In this document: piece by piece, positions 30,021 through 40,789 of the stretch | Layout of the letters: each line of letters starts with the position of its first letter | Numbering within the stretch: position 1 is the stretch's first letter | DNA from: an uncultured archaeon | Lineage (GTDB): Archaea; Asgardarchaeota; Lokiarchaeia; Sigyniarchaeales; SOKP01 | Length of the DNA: 64,000 nt | Reading direction: 5' to 3' | Assembly (NCBI GenBank): GCA_964486045.1 | Contig: CAZALK010000003.1 | Span: forward strand, 160,001-224,000 | Notes under the pieces: model-generated | Told to the model about the DNA's origin: nothing | Databases searched by the model: none | What the model saw: only the letters and a program-made list of their open reading frames with translations | Program-made: the position numbers and the translations under genes

Positions 30021-30497
30021 TTAAAATCTCTTTTCTAATACTGTAAGAATTGGTTGAAACCCTAATTTTCCAAAGACTTCCAGCAATTTTTTATCAGCAG
30101 TATATGCAAGGTTTATCCTTACCGAATCGCAACCCCATGATTGTAATATTTGAATTGATCTCTCAGCTATAAGCTTGCCAACGCCCTTTCCTATGAATTC
30201 TTTCTTGGTTGCCCAATTATCTAAGCGTCCGATATACCTCCCAATAGTATTTTTAACAGCTTCAATCATTCCCATAGACACAACCTCTCCGGTTGATTTT
30301 AGTTCAGCAATCATTGTTATCCGTTTTAAATTAGGTTTAAACTGTCTTAAACCAGAAGACTCTCTCCATTGCTCTTCGTCAAATTCTACACCCATTAACT
30401 CATTTAGATTCTTCCAAATTTCTAATGTTGCCTGATAATCTGAGGTCCGGTAATTTCGGATGATAATATCTTCTTTATTTATCTGTTCTTTTAACAT
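30021..30497 (-). CDS. GNAT family N-acetyltransferase
   Basis: IIIRNY, FIGKGVGK acetyl-CoA loop, FGKLGF. Confidence 0.75.
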   Translation of the reverse strand: MLKEQINKEDIIIRNYRTSDYQATLEIWKNLNELMGVEFDEEQWRESSGLRQFKPNLKRITMIAELKSTGEVVSMGMIEAVKNTIGRYIGRLDNWATKKEFIGKGVGKLIAERSIQILQSWGCDSVRINLAYTADKKLLEVFGKLGFQPILTVLEKRF

Positions 30498-30505
30498 TAG
30501 AATGT

Positions 30506-31579
30506 CTAAATTTCGTTTGTTATTTTATCTAATAATTTTAAATCAATTTTTTGATTAAGAATTTTTTGGTGATACCCATCAACATCTCGTTCATTAATAG
30601 AAAATAAGTAGTCATCAATGTGAGGAATTTTTGGAACGATAAACAAGAGTTCCTCCTGGGGAAACCAGACATCAACCTCTTGGTTCATTACTTCTTTTTC
30701 AAAAAATTCTTGAACATGAGTAATTGTTATTGAAATATTTTTCAACTCTTCTTCTGTGTTGTTTTGAACAGTAAATTCAATTTCATGACTTTTTTCTAGT
30801 AGATTGATTTTATTAATAGAGAGTGGGAGTTTTCCGGATAGTTTTTGTTTTTCCGGATCAAATAATTCTATAGTTGAAAATCGATTTTTTCCTTTTAAAC
30901 TTCTAGGAAGAGAAAGCTCAAATCCCTTCAAGGCGAAATATGAAATGGCTCGTTGAGTTTTAATTGAGGGAGATCCTGACTTTTTTTTGATAATACTTGA
31001 AAAATGATCTTTAATTACTTTATCAATCAAATTTCTTATAAGTACCTTTATTTTTGTTCCCTTTGTTATACGCCCTATTGTATCTGGTGTTTTAATTATA
31101 GTATCACTGGCTATTTCGCTTTCAATAACTTCAAATAATTGATCTTCGAATTTATCCCTTAGTTGTTCTGTTAGTTTACTGATAAGATCGTCTCCAAAAA
31201 TCTCTAATTCAATTGGTAATGACACAATTAAAACTATTGTTTCTGGAGTTTTGAACTCAAGACCAGCACGTCTTTTTGTTCTTTTAGATTTTGTTAAAAA
31301 TTTTTTTCCAAAAAAAGTATATCCCTTATACTCCAAGTCAATATGGTCAAGATCTTCCGTTTCTAAGAACCATACTGGATGATAATGAATTGGTCGCATA
31401 TATTTTCTATTATTTCTGAGAAGATCATCAGGATATATAAATAGAGGAATTTGACCTTTTTTCTCATCAAAATACAACAGATATACAACGCATAAATCCT
31501 CATTAGGATTCTTTTCTAATGATTCATTATTAAACAAGTCACCCATGTGATACCAATTTTTAGATTTATTCAATAACAA
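30506..31579 (-). CDS. hypothetical protein with a uDENN/longin-like N-terminus
   Basis: VVYLLYFDEKKGQIPLFIYP matches the FD..xG....YP pattern of uDENN starts. Confidence 0.5.
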   Translation of the reverse strand: MLLNKSKNWYHMGDLFNNESLEKNPNEDLCVVYLLYFDEKKGQIPLFIYPDDLLRNNRKYMRPIHYHPVWFLETEDLDHIDLEYKGYTFFGKKFLTKSKRTKRRAGLEFKTPETIVLIVSLPIELEIFGDDLISKLTEQLRDKFEDQLFEVIESEIASDTIIKTPDTIGRITKGTKIKVLIRNLIDKVIKDHFSSIIKKKSGSPSIKTQRAISYFALKGFELSLPRSLKGKNRFSTIELFDPEKQKLSGKLPLSINKINLLEKSHEIEFTVQNNTEEELKNISITITHVQEFFEKEVMNQEVDVWFPQEELLFIVPKIPHIDDYLFSINERDVDGYHQKILNQKIDLKLLDKITNEI

Positions 31580-31674
31580 ATAAATAATCTAATTACATAG
31601 AGTTAAAGTTGTTCTTATTCTAAAAATTTAACTATCTTCGTTTGTATTTCGAATTCAATTATTATACGTCTACT

Positions 31675-33660
31675 TTATAATTGTTGTAAAATATTTTCTC
31701 CTTCTAGATAATCTAGAAGTTTTAAAATTTTGTGAGGGAATATGACCGTTTTATATTCTAAAGATAATAAGCTTGCTACTCTTAAGATGTTACACCCCTT
31801 ACATACCAAATTAATCAATTCACTGATTGCCCCTAAAAATTCAGATTTCAAGCTCTTGCAAAATTCCTTAAACAATGAATATTTATAGAGATCGATAAGG
31901 TGATGTTCATCAAATGGGCCATCGAAATTGGGCTTAAAAGTTAAATTTAATTTAGATTCTAATAACTTTTTTTCCTCATCCCTACAAAATTTTCTGGTTT
32001 GATTTTTCCATCTGGAATTGTGAATTTCATATACATCAAAGATCTCTTTTTTGGTATTTTCAAGTAACGTGTCTATTTCAGGGGATATATCTAAATTTTT
32101 TATCCAGTTGAATAATTCTAAATTATAATCAAAGGATGCATGAATAATATCTGTCCCAAAAAGGATTAATTCAATTAGTTCTTCTTTAGTTGATTGATTT
32201 CCTGGCGTATTTAAATTTACTTTTATTTCTTCTAAAAGTTTGATTGCACTTCCCAATCTTGTATATATTCCTTTATGGATTTCAGGCCATAACTTCAATA
32301 TTAGGGAACTGTCTAATACTGAGAGTAAATAAGATATTGACATACTCATGCCAATAACTCTTTTTAATTCTGTAGAATCACAATATTCAACAGTATCCAT
32401 TGAAGAATGATAATAGGGATCCTCATGTCCAAACATAAGTGAGGGTATTCCAAAGTAAGAGTCTACAAAGAGAATATGATCACTTCCGCCTTCAAAACTT
32501 GCCAATCGATAACTCATTGGGACTTTTGTCCCGTTAATAGCTATGCCTTTGGGGTGATCAGCTATTTTTTCAATAAAAAGTGATGCAATATCATTAAGGA
32601 TTGACGGAGTAGAATAGGGGGCTAAATTTATTTCTAAGGGATACCCTATTTTAAGGCGATGTTCTCCAATCATATCCAAATTAAGACATGATAATACATT
32701 ATTAACAGTAGCCTCATGATATTTCATCCAGGGGACGGTCCCCCCAAATTCTGGTACCCAAAGAAACCGAATAGTTCGTTTAGGGGGAATCAATGTTTTT
32801 TGTTCAATTAATTGTTTCAACGCTCTTGCGAGTTCTAATAAACCTGCAGCTCCACTAGCATTATCATTTGCACTTGGAAATGGGTGGCATAAATGTGCAA
32901 TAATAATGATTTCTTTCTCAGGATTTTCCTTTCCTTTAATACAAGTACTTATGACCTCCATATTGCCATCCAAAAATTTTGCATTTATTTTTGCATGAAC
33001 TTTAACTGGTCCTTTTTCTAATAATTCTTTTAAATAATATGCTTGTTTGTAAGAAATACTAAATCCGAATTTTGCTTTATCAAGTCGATCTTGAGTAGTG
33101 AAAAAACTGTTATAAATTCGTTTATCTAATTGATCTCCTGTTCTCTTTAAATCAGGATAATATATTACACCTAATGCTCCTGAATTTTCGATGTAGGAAT
33201 GATACATATGTGTTGAGCTGCACATTAGTATTATTTTTTTATCAATGTCCTTTTCATCATAATCTTCCTTATTATCCCCTTTTCCTATGTCCACTATTTC
33301 AGCTAGGACATCACACGATTTTGAATGGGTTACAATGGATGTCTGAATATCATCAAAATCACAAAGCTTTAATCTTTCCGGTTCGGTAATCCAAAGCTCC
33401 CCTGACTCGATTTCCCACTGGAAAGGTGCTACAGATCCCCAAGTATTATTTTTCCCATCCGCGGGTGATTTAAAATGCTCAATCTCACTATAACCAATTT
33501 TTAATAATTCTTTTTTAATGATTTCAGCAATTTCATGATATCCGTGGGACGCTTGTATTCTGCTAAATTGTGAAATCTTTGCTGTCCAATCCCAAGCTCT
33601 CTGTCCATTAACTACAGAAAGAATATCATTAAGATAATTTTTAATATCCATGATTTTCAC
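31675..33660 (-). CDS. M28 family aminopeptidase (DUF4910-like) with PA domain
   Basis: AHLCHP, ANDNASG, WVPEF, NLDMIG, GSDH, YYHSSMD. Confidence 0.85.
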   Translation of the reverse strand: MKIMDIKNYLNDILSVVNGQRAWDWTAKISQFSRIQASHGYHEIAEIIKKELLKIGYSEIEHFKSPADGKNNTWGSVAPFQWEIESGELWITEPERLKLCDFDDIQTSIVTHSKSCDVLAEIVDIGKGDNKEDYDEKDIDKKIILMCSSTHMYHSYIENSGALGVIYYPDLKRTGDQLDKRIYNSFFTTQDRLDKAKFGFSISYKQAYYLKELLEKGPVKVHAKINAKFLDGNMEVISTCIKGKENPEKEIIIIAHLCHPFPSANDNASGAAGLLELARALKQLIEQKTLIPPKRTIRFLWVPEFGGTVPWMKYHEATVNNVLSCLNLDMIGEHRLKIGYPLEINLAPYSTPSILNDIASLFIEKIADHPKGIAINGTKVPMSYRLASFEGGSDHILFVDSYFGIPSLMFGHEDPYYHSSMDTVEYCDSTELKRVIGMSMSISYLLSVLDSSLILKLWPEIHKGIYTRLGSAIKLLEEIKVNLNTPGNQSTKEELIELILFGTDIIHASFDYNLELFNWIKNLDISPEIDTLLENTKKEIFDVYEIHNSRWKNQTRKFCRDEEKKLLESKLNLTFKPNFDGPFDEHHLIDLYKYSLFKEFCKSLKSEFLGAISELINLVCKGCNILRVASLLSLEYKTVIFPHKILKLLDYLEGENILQQL

Positions 33661-33852
33661 ATTTTGAAATGGTTTTAAACTATTTTTCTCCTTTTGGATT
33701 AATTATTATTTTCCAATTCATACCTTGTCAACTTTTGAGTATTGCGAATACTAATAATTGAGCTACATTTTATAAGAATGTTTATTTTCATCAAAATAAG
33801 TATTTCTATTAAAAATTTAAAAATAAAAATTAAAACAGAAAGAATCCTGAGC

Positions 33853-36075
33853 TTATTCTACTCTCACAAACTTACCTATGTTTTTATTTAGTGTATCTAA
33901 AACTTTCTCCTCTAATTCTTCTGGAATATGCCTGAAGGAAAAATTCTCTAATTCTGGTAAAAGATTTTGAATGGTTAATCTAGTAATATAATTCAATTGA
34001 TCACCTAAAGCAAGTAATTGAAAATGAGGTGAATTTTCTATTAATAAAGCACCCCGACTCACAGTATAATAGTGATTTTGTTGTTGCACCAATAGACTTT
34101 TTCTTAAGTTGACCCAAAGATCATGAATACCTACTAGATAATTTGTCTCATCAGAAGAACCACTCTTTTCATTTTGTAAGATCAACCTCCATGCTGAATT
34201 TTGTGTTCCTATAAATATGGTATAAATCACACTTTTCTTTGTCGATTCTTTTTTTTCTGTTTTCCTGAATGTTAACCTCTTAAACATTCGTCGTAATAGA
34301 GAGTTTGTAGATTTCTCTATGATACCTTTATTTATATGTTCCAAATTTTCAAGAATTTCTTTTTTAAGATTTCCTAAACTATAATCTTGTGCTGTTTGTA
34401 AAGCTTCTTCAAAATAAGTCCTAGCTTGATCGGTTAAATTACTTTCTGCCGCGATCAACCCTTTAATCATTACTAGTCTACAGAGATCAAGATAGCTTTG
34501 ATTCTCTATAGCAATTGTCTTCGCTAAATCTAAGTGATTATGGGCTTGATTTAAGTGTTCTAACTTCTCTGTTTCTTGAAAGTATTTAAAATATGCATCA
34601 GCTAGTCGAATTTCAATATCGCTCGCACCCTCAACAGAAAGATTTATTAACATAACTTCTCGTTCATTTTTTAAGTTATCAATTAACTTTACCCAGTTGT
34701 TGTGTAATTCCCCATCGATAGCCTCCAAATCAAAACTAAAAATATGACCTACTGGTGAATCCATGAAATCGGAATCTTTTGGTAAATTGGATCGAACAAA
34801 TTCTAAAAGTTCAATGGAACCAGTTTTACCAGCAATTCTTTTAAGAGTAGAGAGAACATCAACTTTATAATAAGTAGGTACATTTTCTTCTTGAAGGAGA
34901 CTTTGGCATACCCTTCTTGATGCATCATATTTTTCGGAAATAAAAAGCGTTTCAGCATAAATGCTCATAATAGAAATTTTTAAGAAAAATTCTGCTTGAA
35001 CAACTGGGAGTGTTAGAATTGTTTGCTGTCGATTCAACGCTTGATCAAATAATCCTTGTCTAGATTCAATTACAGACATATTGGTGGAAATAACTGCCTT
35101 TGTTCTTTCATCACCGAGTTCTTCACTAACTCCCAGTACAATCTCAAAGATTTTTAGGGCTTTTTCTAGATCTCCACTAGATTGGATGACTGCTGCATAA
35201 AAATTACCTGTTACGCTTATAATCTCACGATTTTCTAAAATTTGACCGAAATTAAAGACCGGTTCTATTATCTTTATGGCCTCATTAATTTTTCCAAGAA
35301 AATACAACCTAAAACCATAATAACCTTGCAAAAGCATTAATCCAGACTTAACTTCTAAAGAAGTATTATCACTCCATTTTTTTTGACTAGTATCATATAA
35401 TTCTTCTAAAAGATCATAAGCGCTTAATCGAAGATAAACTTCAGCTTTAGCTAAAGTTGCTTCTAGTTGAATAGGAAGTGATTTAGAATCAAAATTCATT
35501 TTTTTTGCTTGTTCTATTAATTCCGAAGAGGATTTAAATCTTGCTAACAACCGTAAATATGTGGGATAACTCCAAGAATCATGCTCATAAGAATATTCTA
35601 TGAGTTCTTTACCTTTTCCAATTATAAAACCCCATTTTACAGCTAAAAAAGTTAGCAATTGACTTTTTGGATTAGCATGCCTTAGATTAGAGAAGTTTTC
35701 ATACCATTCATTTAGAGTTTTATTATGTGGATTAGATATTTGAGTAAGAATCTCTCTCTCTTTTCGATTTGCTAAAAATAGGTAACCTCGGAGTTCCGAG
35801 GGAATTGTCTGCTTTAAATTACTCCATAAAGAGGGGGCGCCTTTTCCATTTTTTTTTTCTTCATAGTAATCTTTGTGAGCGCGATAATCTCCCAGTTCAT
35901 CGATGACCACAACATTGATGTGTATTGAGTCTGAATAAGATGAATGACCTATTCGAATAGTAAATAACTTTCCAATCATTGAGTTTCCTGATTCAGATTT
36001 ATGGATATAAGTATGTGGGTTATTAATGTTGAAATTAATCTTTGTATCACATAATTTACATTGAATCTCTGTCAT
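33853..36075 (-). CDS. TPR-like helical repeat protein with N-terminal Cys/His domain
   Basis: CKLC...H...H N-terminus, then helical repeats such as SGDLEKALKIFE and GLFDQAL; directly downstream of the small GTPase. Confidence 0.65.
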   Translation of the reverse strand: MTEIQCKLCDTKINFNINNPHTYIHKSESGNSMIGKLFTIRIGHSSYSDSIHINVVVIDELGDYRAHKDYYEEKKNGKGAPSLWSNLKQTIPSELRGYLFLANRKEREILTQISNPHNKTLNEWYENFSNLRHANPKSQLLTFLAVKWGFIIGKGKELIEYSYEHDSWSYPTYLRLLARFKSSSELIEQAKKMNFDSKSLPIQLEATLAKAEVYLRLSAYDLLEELYDTSQKKWSDNTSLEVKSGLMLLQGYYGFRLYFLGKINEAIKIIEPVFNFGQILENREIISVTGNFYAAVIQSSGDLEKALKIFEIVLGVSEELGDERTKAVISTNMSVIESRQGLFDQALNRQQTILTLPVVQAEFFLKISIMSIYAETLFISEKYDASRRVCQSLLQEENVPTYYKVDVLSTLKRIAGKTGSIELLEFVRSNLPKDSDFMDSPVGHIFSFDLEAIDGELHNNWVKLIDNLKNEREVMLINLSVEGASDIEIRLADAYFKYFQETEKLEHLNQAHNHLDLAKTIAIENQSYLDLCRLVMIKGLIAAESNLTDQARTYFEEALQTAQDYSLGNLKKEILENLEHINKGIIEKSTNSLLRRMFKRLTFRKTEKKESTKKSVIYTIFIGTQNSAWRLILQNEKSGSSDETNYLVGIHDLWVNLRKSLLVQQQNHYYTVSRGALLIENSPHFQLLALGDQLNYITRLTIQNLLPELENFSFRHIPEELEEKVLDTLNKNIGKFVRVE

Positions 36076-36138
36076 CCTAACACCTCATCTTACTTTTTAT
36101 CGAGAAGATGAGAGTTTCTATTATGATATAGAGCTACC

Positions 36139-36759
36139 CTAATTATTAAGGAGATTTTTACCAATTTTAGTAATCTCATCTAGTAAGTTATCAATACCTC
36201 TTCCATCTAATGAACAAGTTTCTACATATTTTTGAAAATATTTATCCTTACCTACTATGGAGTTGATTAATTCATCGGAGATATTTCTTTCCAAGTCAAT
36301 TTTATTACCTACGAGAACTAAGTCCGAATGGCCATTTGTATGATTGTTACTAAGATCCATTAGTTCTCTCCAACCATTTATATTTTCAAATGATTTATAC
36401 ACGTCAACTGAGAAGACGAAGATATATATGTCTATAGATTTAGTTACCTGATTCCTCATAAGATCTAAAGGATGAGTTCCGGGAATTAATTGTCCTGTTA
36501 AGTCATAGCATTGAAATAACAAATCTTTATAAACCCAAGTTTCTATTTCCATAAAAGGAGTACGAGTTATCTCTTTGTTCTTTAATACTTGTGCCCCATT
36601 CGATTCGTCTATATAATTTATTGTTTTTTGAATTAAAGCTTGTACTAATGTCGTCTTTCCGACTGCACCATCCCCTACAATGGTCATACGTACTAATTTT
36701 TTTGATTTTTTTAATCTTTTTATGAATTGAGATAATTTCCCCATGTTAAAAACACCCAA
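36139..36759 (-). CDS. Ras-superfamily (Rab-like) small GTPase
   Basis: G1 GDGAVGKT, G3 DLTGQ, G4 NKID, G5 ETCS. Confidence 0.9.
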   Translation of the reverse strand: MGVFNMGKLSQFIKRLKKSKKLVRMTIVGDGAVGKTTLVQALIQKTINYIDESNGAQVLKNKEITRTPFMEIETWVYKDLLFQCYDLTGQLIPGTHPLDLMRNQVTKSIDIYIFVFSVDVYKSFENINGWRELMDLSNNHTNGHSDLVLVGNKIDLERNISDELINSIVGKDKYFQKYVETCSLDGRGIDNLLDEITKIGKNLLNN

Positions 36760-37090
36760 TAAGTTATTACATTTATTGTTGAAATATTAACCCTATTAAT
36801 GATGTAACCATAAAGTTTTTGTTGATTTAGAGATTTAAATGTAGGTTTTAAAGATTTTGTACGTGTTAGTCAGAGAGACAAAGAATTAATCAAATATTTC
36901 ATTTGACAAAAATGAATTTGCTAAGTATAAATTGAAACACCAGTTGCATAAGACTTATAATCGAGGCTGATAATTGAATTTAAATTAGTTCCTTATATTA
37001 TAAAAACCGTGTATTATTGGTATATATTAAGAATTGAGGAATTTCAATTTCAAGGAGGAGGTGCCTTATTTTTTTCAATTTTAAGTTTTT

Positions 37091-38371
37091 TCATTCAAAA
37101 CTAAAAATTGATTTAAAATCCAAATATAAATTAAACTCCCTCCTTTCTTTATCAAGATCTTGTGTTGCACTTTTGATAATTTTATCTAGAGTATGATGAT
37201 TAAGTTCCTTTTTAAATTTTCTATCCCACTTCCACCAATTAGGTAATCCTAGAAAATGAATATTCCACAAAACCTTATTTTCTTTTGTTGATCTTTTGTT
37301 GATTTCTTTAGAAAGCAAAATCCAAAATACAACAAGATTGCTCGAGATCTTCTCATTTCTTTCAATTGGTCCTCTAAAAAATTTACCAAATGCAAGGAGC
37401 ATGAGAACCGCAAGTCCGTATTTCATCTGAATTCTAGATGTCTCTGGTAAAATAAGTTCCTTTATCATATTCCAACTGTCCACGCCTGATATTTTCTCTA
37501 CATCCTCATTAATGCTCTCTTTTATTTTATTGAAATAAAATTCCTCTTTTAAGTAAGATCTAGTATTAACATATTGAAAGATCCGAAGAGCTCCAGCAAT
37601 CCTCCATTCTATCCATTGTTGAGAATATTCTAATGCCATTTTTAAGGCTGCTTCTTTATCCGACCAATAGCTTAAAATGTTTTTTAATGTAAAATTAATT
37701 TGATCATAATAATCTACATAATGATCATAAATACGAGCATAAGAATAGCCCAATATATCAATGTAAGTAAAAATTTCTAATAGATCGATAAATTTATTAA
37801 AATTTTGTTCACTAGTTCCTATTTTATTAAACTCAGAATCGTATATTACAGAATATATCCCAAAAAAAGTAGACTCACCTGTATAAATAGAAGCAAATAA
37901 TAAATGATACTGAATTACTTTTTTTATTAGTAATTTATCAATCTCAGAAAGATCAAATAGGTTAAGCATGTTTTGTTTTGAGATTAGCAAATAACTTTGG
38001 TAAGGATGCTTTTTCTTATTAAATAGTCTCCCTATATCATGATACATCAAAATTATTGGTAGGATTAACCGGTTCGGTAAGTTTTGATTAAATAATTTTT
38101 CTCGAATTATATTTAAAGAATCATCTGATATCGTATCGTGAGAAAACTTTCCGGATTTTATTAGAAAGTATATTTTAAAAGACCTAAATATATGTCTTAT
38201 TGTTCTTTGAAACTCCTCCGGGTCATTTTTTGTACCATCCTGAAAAACTGTTCTCAAATTTGGAAAAATCGATAAAACCTGAGTGTAAGCATCAGATTTA
38301 TCAATTTCAGATGAAGAGTCAATCCATGAGAGTTCCAAACTATCGAACAGTTTCGAAAGAGATTCAATCAT
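37091..38371 (-). CDS. HD-domain-like hypothetical protein
   Basis: H...MYHDIGR...HP...YH...DILG; TAATG overlap with the upstream dehydratase. Confidence 0.55.
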   Translation of the reverse strand: MIESLSKLFDSLELSWIDSSSEIDKSDAYTQVLSIFPNLRTVFQDGTKNDPEEFQRTIRHIFRSFKIYFLIKSGKFSHDTISDDSLNIIREKLFNQNLPNRLILPIILMYHDIGRLFNKKKHPYQSYLLISKQNMLNLFDLSEIDKLLIKKVIQYHLLFASIYTGESTFFGIYSVIYDSEFNKIGTSEQNFNKFIDLLEIFTYIDILGYSYARIYDHYVDYYDQINFTLKNILSYWSDKEAALKMALEYSQQWIEWRIAGALRIFQYVNTRSYLKEEFYFNKIKESINEDVEKISGVDSWNMIKELILPETSRIQMKYGLAVLMLLAFGKFFRGPIERNEKISSNLVVFWILLSKEINKRSTKENKVLWNIHFLGLPNWWKWDRKFKKELNHHTLDKIIKSATQDLDKERREFNLYLDFKSIFSFE

Positions 38372-39330
38372 TATTTTAAAATACGATCTTTTAATAATTG
38401 AAAAAATGGTTCAATATCAATATTTCCCCCACTCAAAATAAGTCCCACTTTTTTATCCTTAATCTGAATTTTATCTGAGAGTAGGGATGCTAGAGGAACT
38501 GCACCCGAAGGTTCAACAATAATTTTCATTCGATTCCATAGAAACCTCATTGCATCTATTATCTCCGTTTCTGAAACAGTTAATATCTGGTCAACATATT
38601 TTTGAATGAAATTAAACGTTTTCATACAAATTGATGTACGTAGACCGTCAGCAATTGTGTTTGGATAAGTACTCGGAATTATATGTCCTGATTGGATAGA
38701 TCTTAAGGCATCATCTGCTAGTGATGGTTCTACTCCAAAAACTCGGGCTTTTGGGCATAGTCCTTTAGTTGCAAGGGCTGTCCCACTCAATAACCCTCCA
38801 CCGCCAAGTGGAGTAATTATGACATCAAAATCTCCTTTTTCCTTTATTAATTCATAAACTGCTGTTCCTTGACCGTTGATTACATTGTCATTATCATACG
38901 GATGAATTAAAATGTAGTTATTCTTCTTTATTAAGTTATCAGTTGTTCTCATCCTTGATTCGAGAGTATTGTCGCAAAAAACTATATCAGCACCATAATC
39001 TTTTGTTGCATTAATTTTATTTAAAGGAGCTCCCTTAGGCATCACAATTATAGCCTGAATGCTTAACAAAGAAGACGCAAGTGCGACTGCTTGTGCATGA
39101 TTACCACTTGAATGAGTAATAACTCCTCGCTTTTTTTCTTCCTCAGTAAGTAAACTTAAAGCATTATAAGCGCCCCGAAATTTGAAAGCTCCAACTCTCT
39201 GAAAGTTTTCGCATTTTAAATAAATTTTTGCTTGTACGAGAGTATTTAATGACCTTGAAGTCATAACGGGTGTGTTATTAACTATATTTTTTATCCTACT
39301 ATACGACTCTTCTATACCAATAAATGACAT
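38371..39330 (-). CDS. PLP-dependent threonine/serine dehydratase or serine racemase family (catalytic domain only)
   Basis: KCENFQRVGAFKFRGA, HSSGNHAQA, GGGGLLSG, EPSGA, SGGN. Confidence 0.9.
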   Translation of the reverse strand: MSFIGIEESYSRIKNIVNNTPVMTSRSLNTLVQAKIYLKCENFQRVGAFKFRGAYNALSLLTEEEKKRGVITHSSGNHAQAVALASSLLSIQAIIVMPKGAPLNKINATKDYGADIVFCDNTLESRMRTTDNLIKKNNYILIHPYDNDNVINGQGTAVYELIKEKGDFDVIITPLGGGGLLSGTALATKGLCPKARVFGVEPSLADDALRSIQSGHIIPSTYPNTIADGLRTSICMKTFNFIQKYVDQILTVSETEIIDAMRFLWNRMKIIVEPSGAVPLASLLSDKIQIKDKKVGLILSGGNIDIEPFFQLLKDRILK

Positions 39331-39418
39331 TTTTATTTAATTCTCTCCCATGTACATGAAAAATCAATCTTTTTTGAAGTAATTAGACCTATCAGAAAAA
39401 AATAATAGAGATAGTTGT

Positions 39419-40549
39419 TTATACGTCCTTAAATGACATACATTGGACACCCTTTCCAGAATACCCAGGCCCAAAACATTTCAAACATGATATACATCTC
39501 GCAGGGGTCTGGTTTCCAGTTTTTGCTTCTAAATTCCATCGCTCAATTAGATCTGGTTCACTTATTAATGGTCGACAAAGTTCAATCGCATCAAACTTCG
39601 CTATTTTCTCTCCATCACCCGTCAGTAACCTCACTATTGTTTCTGGGGAACGAATCCCACCAACTAATACAAAGAATATACTTGTATCCCCTACGGTCTC
39701 CTTAATAACTTTAGCCTTCTCTAAAAAATATGCTTCACCTACTTTTTTTGGATCTTGAGTAGCATTTGAACCACTTATCGTGACGAGACATGCTCCAGCG
39801 TCAGCTATTTTCTTTATTAATTCACCTACCTCTTCTGGTTTTGTTCCAGTTGAGCTTGAATTAACTTTTACAAAAATGGGTACATCAACAACTTTTTTTA
39901 CTGCCAAAATCACCTCTATCATAGCTTTTGAGCGTCCTTCTAAAGTTGTACCTGTGTAGGGATCATCAACAGGTCGTTTGTTTATGGCAGGATCAAAAAA
40001 TTGCCAGAGTTGGTAACCATGAGCACCATGAATATTAATCGCATCAAAACCGGCATCAACTGCTCTTTTCGCCCCTATAGCATAAGATTGTGTCACCTCT
40101 TCAATCTGTTCAATGGTCATAGCTTTAACCTTAATTTTACTACCTGTTGGAGTTGGTTTCTCTTCATCACTAGGGCCAAAAGCTACTTCTCCTCCCCAAA
40201 ACACTGGATTAGCAGCCCTACCACAATGAACTAGTTGAGCTCCAGTCAAACTTCCTGTTGAATGGATCACATCAGCTAATCTTTTTAGGCCCTCAGAATC
40301 TTCTGGCTTTGAGTTTGAGATCTGACCCGGAAGAGATTTTCCTTCTGGACTGACATATTGAAAACTCGTTAATACTAAACCCGCCTTAATTTTACTATAG
40401 GTATCTATTAAGGTATCATTAATGGTTCCATCGGGATTTGCCATCCCCATCCAAGTGGCAGCTCGCCATATTCGATTTTTCACGGTTAATTGACCTGGTA
40501 ATTCGAACTCCTTTAGTACAGTATTATCCCATACGTCCTTATTTACCAT
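39419..40549 (-). CDS. NADH:flavin oxidoreductase (old yellow enzyme family)
   Basis: KNRIWRAAT, QLVHCGR, GFDAINIHGAHGY, CRPLISEPDL, CISCLKC. Confidence 0.88.
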   Translation of the reverse strand: MVNKDVWDNTVLKEFELPGQLTVKNRIWRAATWMGMANPDGTINDTLIDTYSKIKAGLVLTSFQYVSPEGKSLPGQISNSKPEDSEGLKRLADVIHSTGSLTGAQLVHCGRAANPVFWGGEVAFGPSDEEKPTPTGSKIKVKAMTIEQIEEVTQSYAIGAKRAVDAGFDAINIHGAHGYQLWQFFDPAINKRPVDDPYTGTTLEGRSKAMIEVILAVKKVVDVPIFVKVNSSSTGTKPEEVGELIKKIADAGACLVTISGSNATQDPKKVGEAYFLEKAKVIKETVGDTSIFFVLVGGIRSPETIVRLLTGDGEKIAKFDAIELCRPLISEPDLIERWNLEAKTGNQTPARCISCLKCFGPGYSGKGVQCMSFKDV

Positions 40550-40789
40550 ATTTTTTATCTCCTATATCTGTTAATTTTGTCTTTTTATTTTTTTTCCTAT
40601 ATATAACTTCTTTCTTATTGAAATCCTTTTACTTATTAATATCCTTTTAATTAGAATTAGAGCCTAAATTAATATTTTGTGAGTTTAAATTACTTAGTTA
40701 GCAATATTTTAAATGAAAACCAACTTATTTTAAAATTTTATAATTTTATATAGAATTCTAGATTAGTTTAATTCTTAAGATTGACCTAA

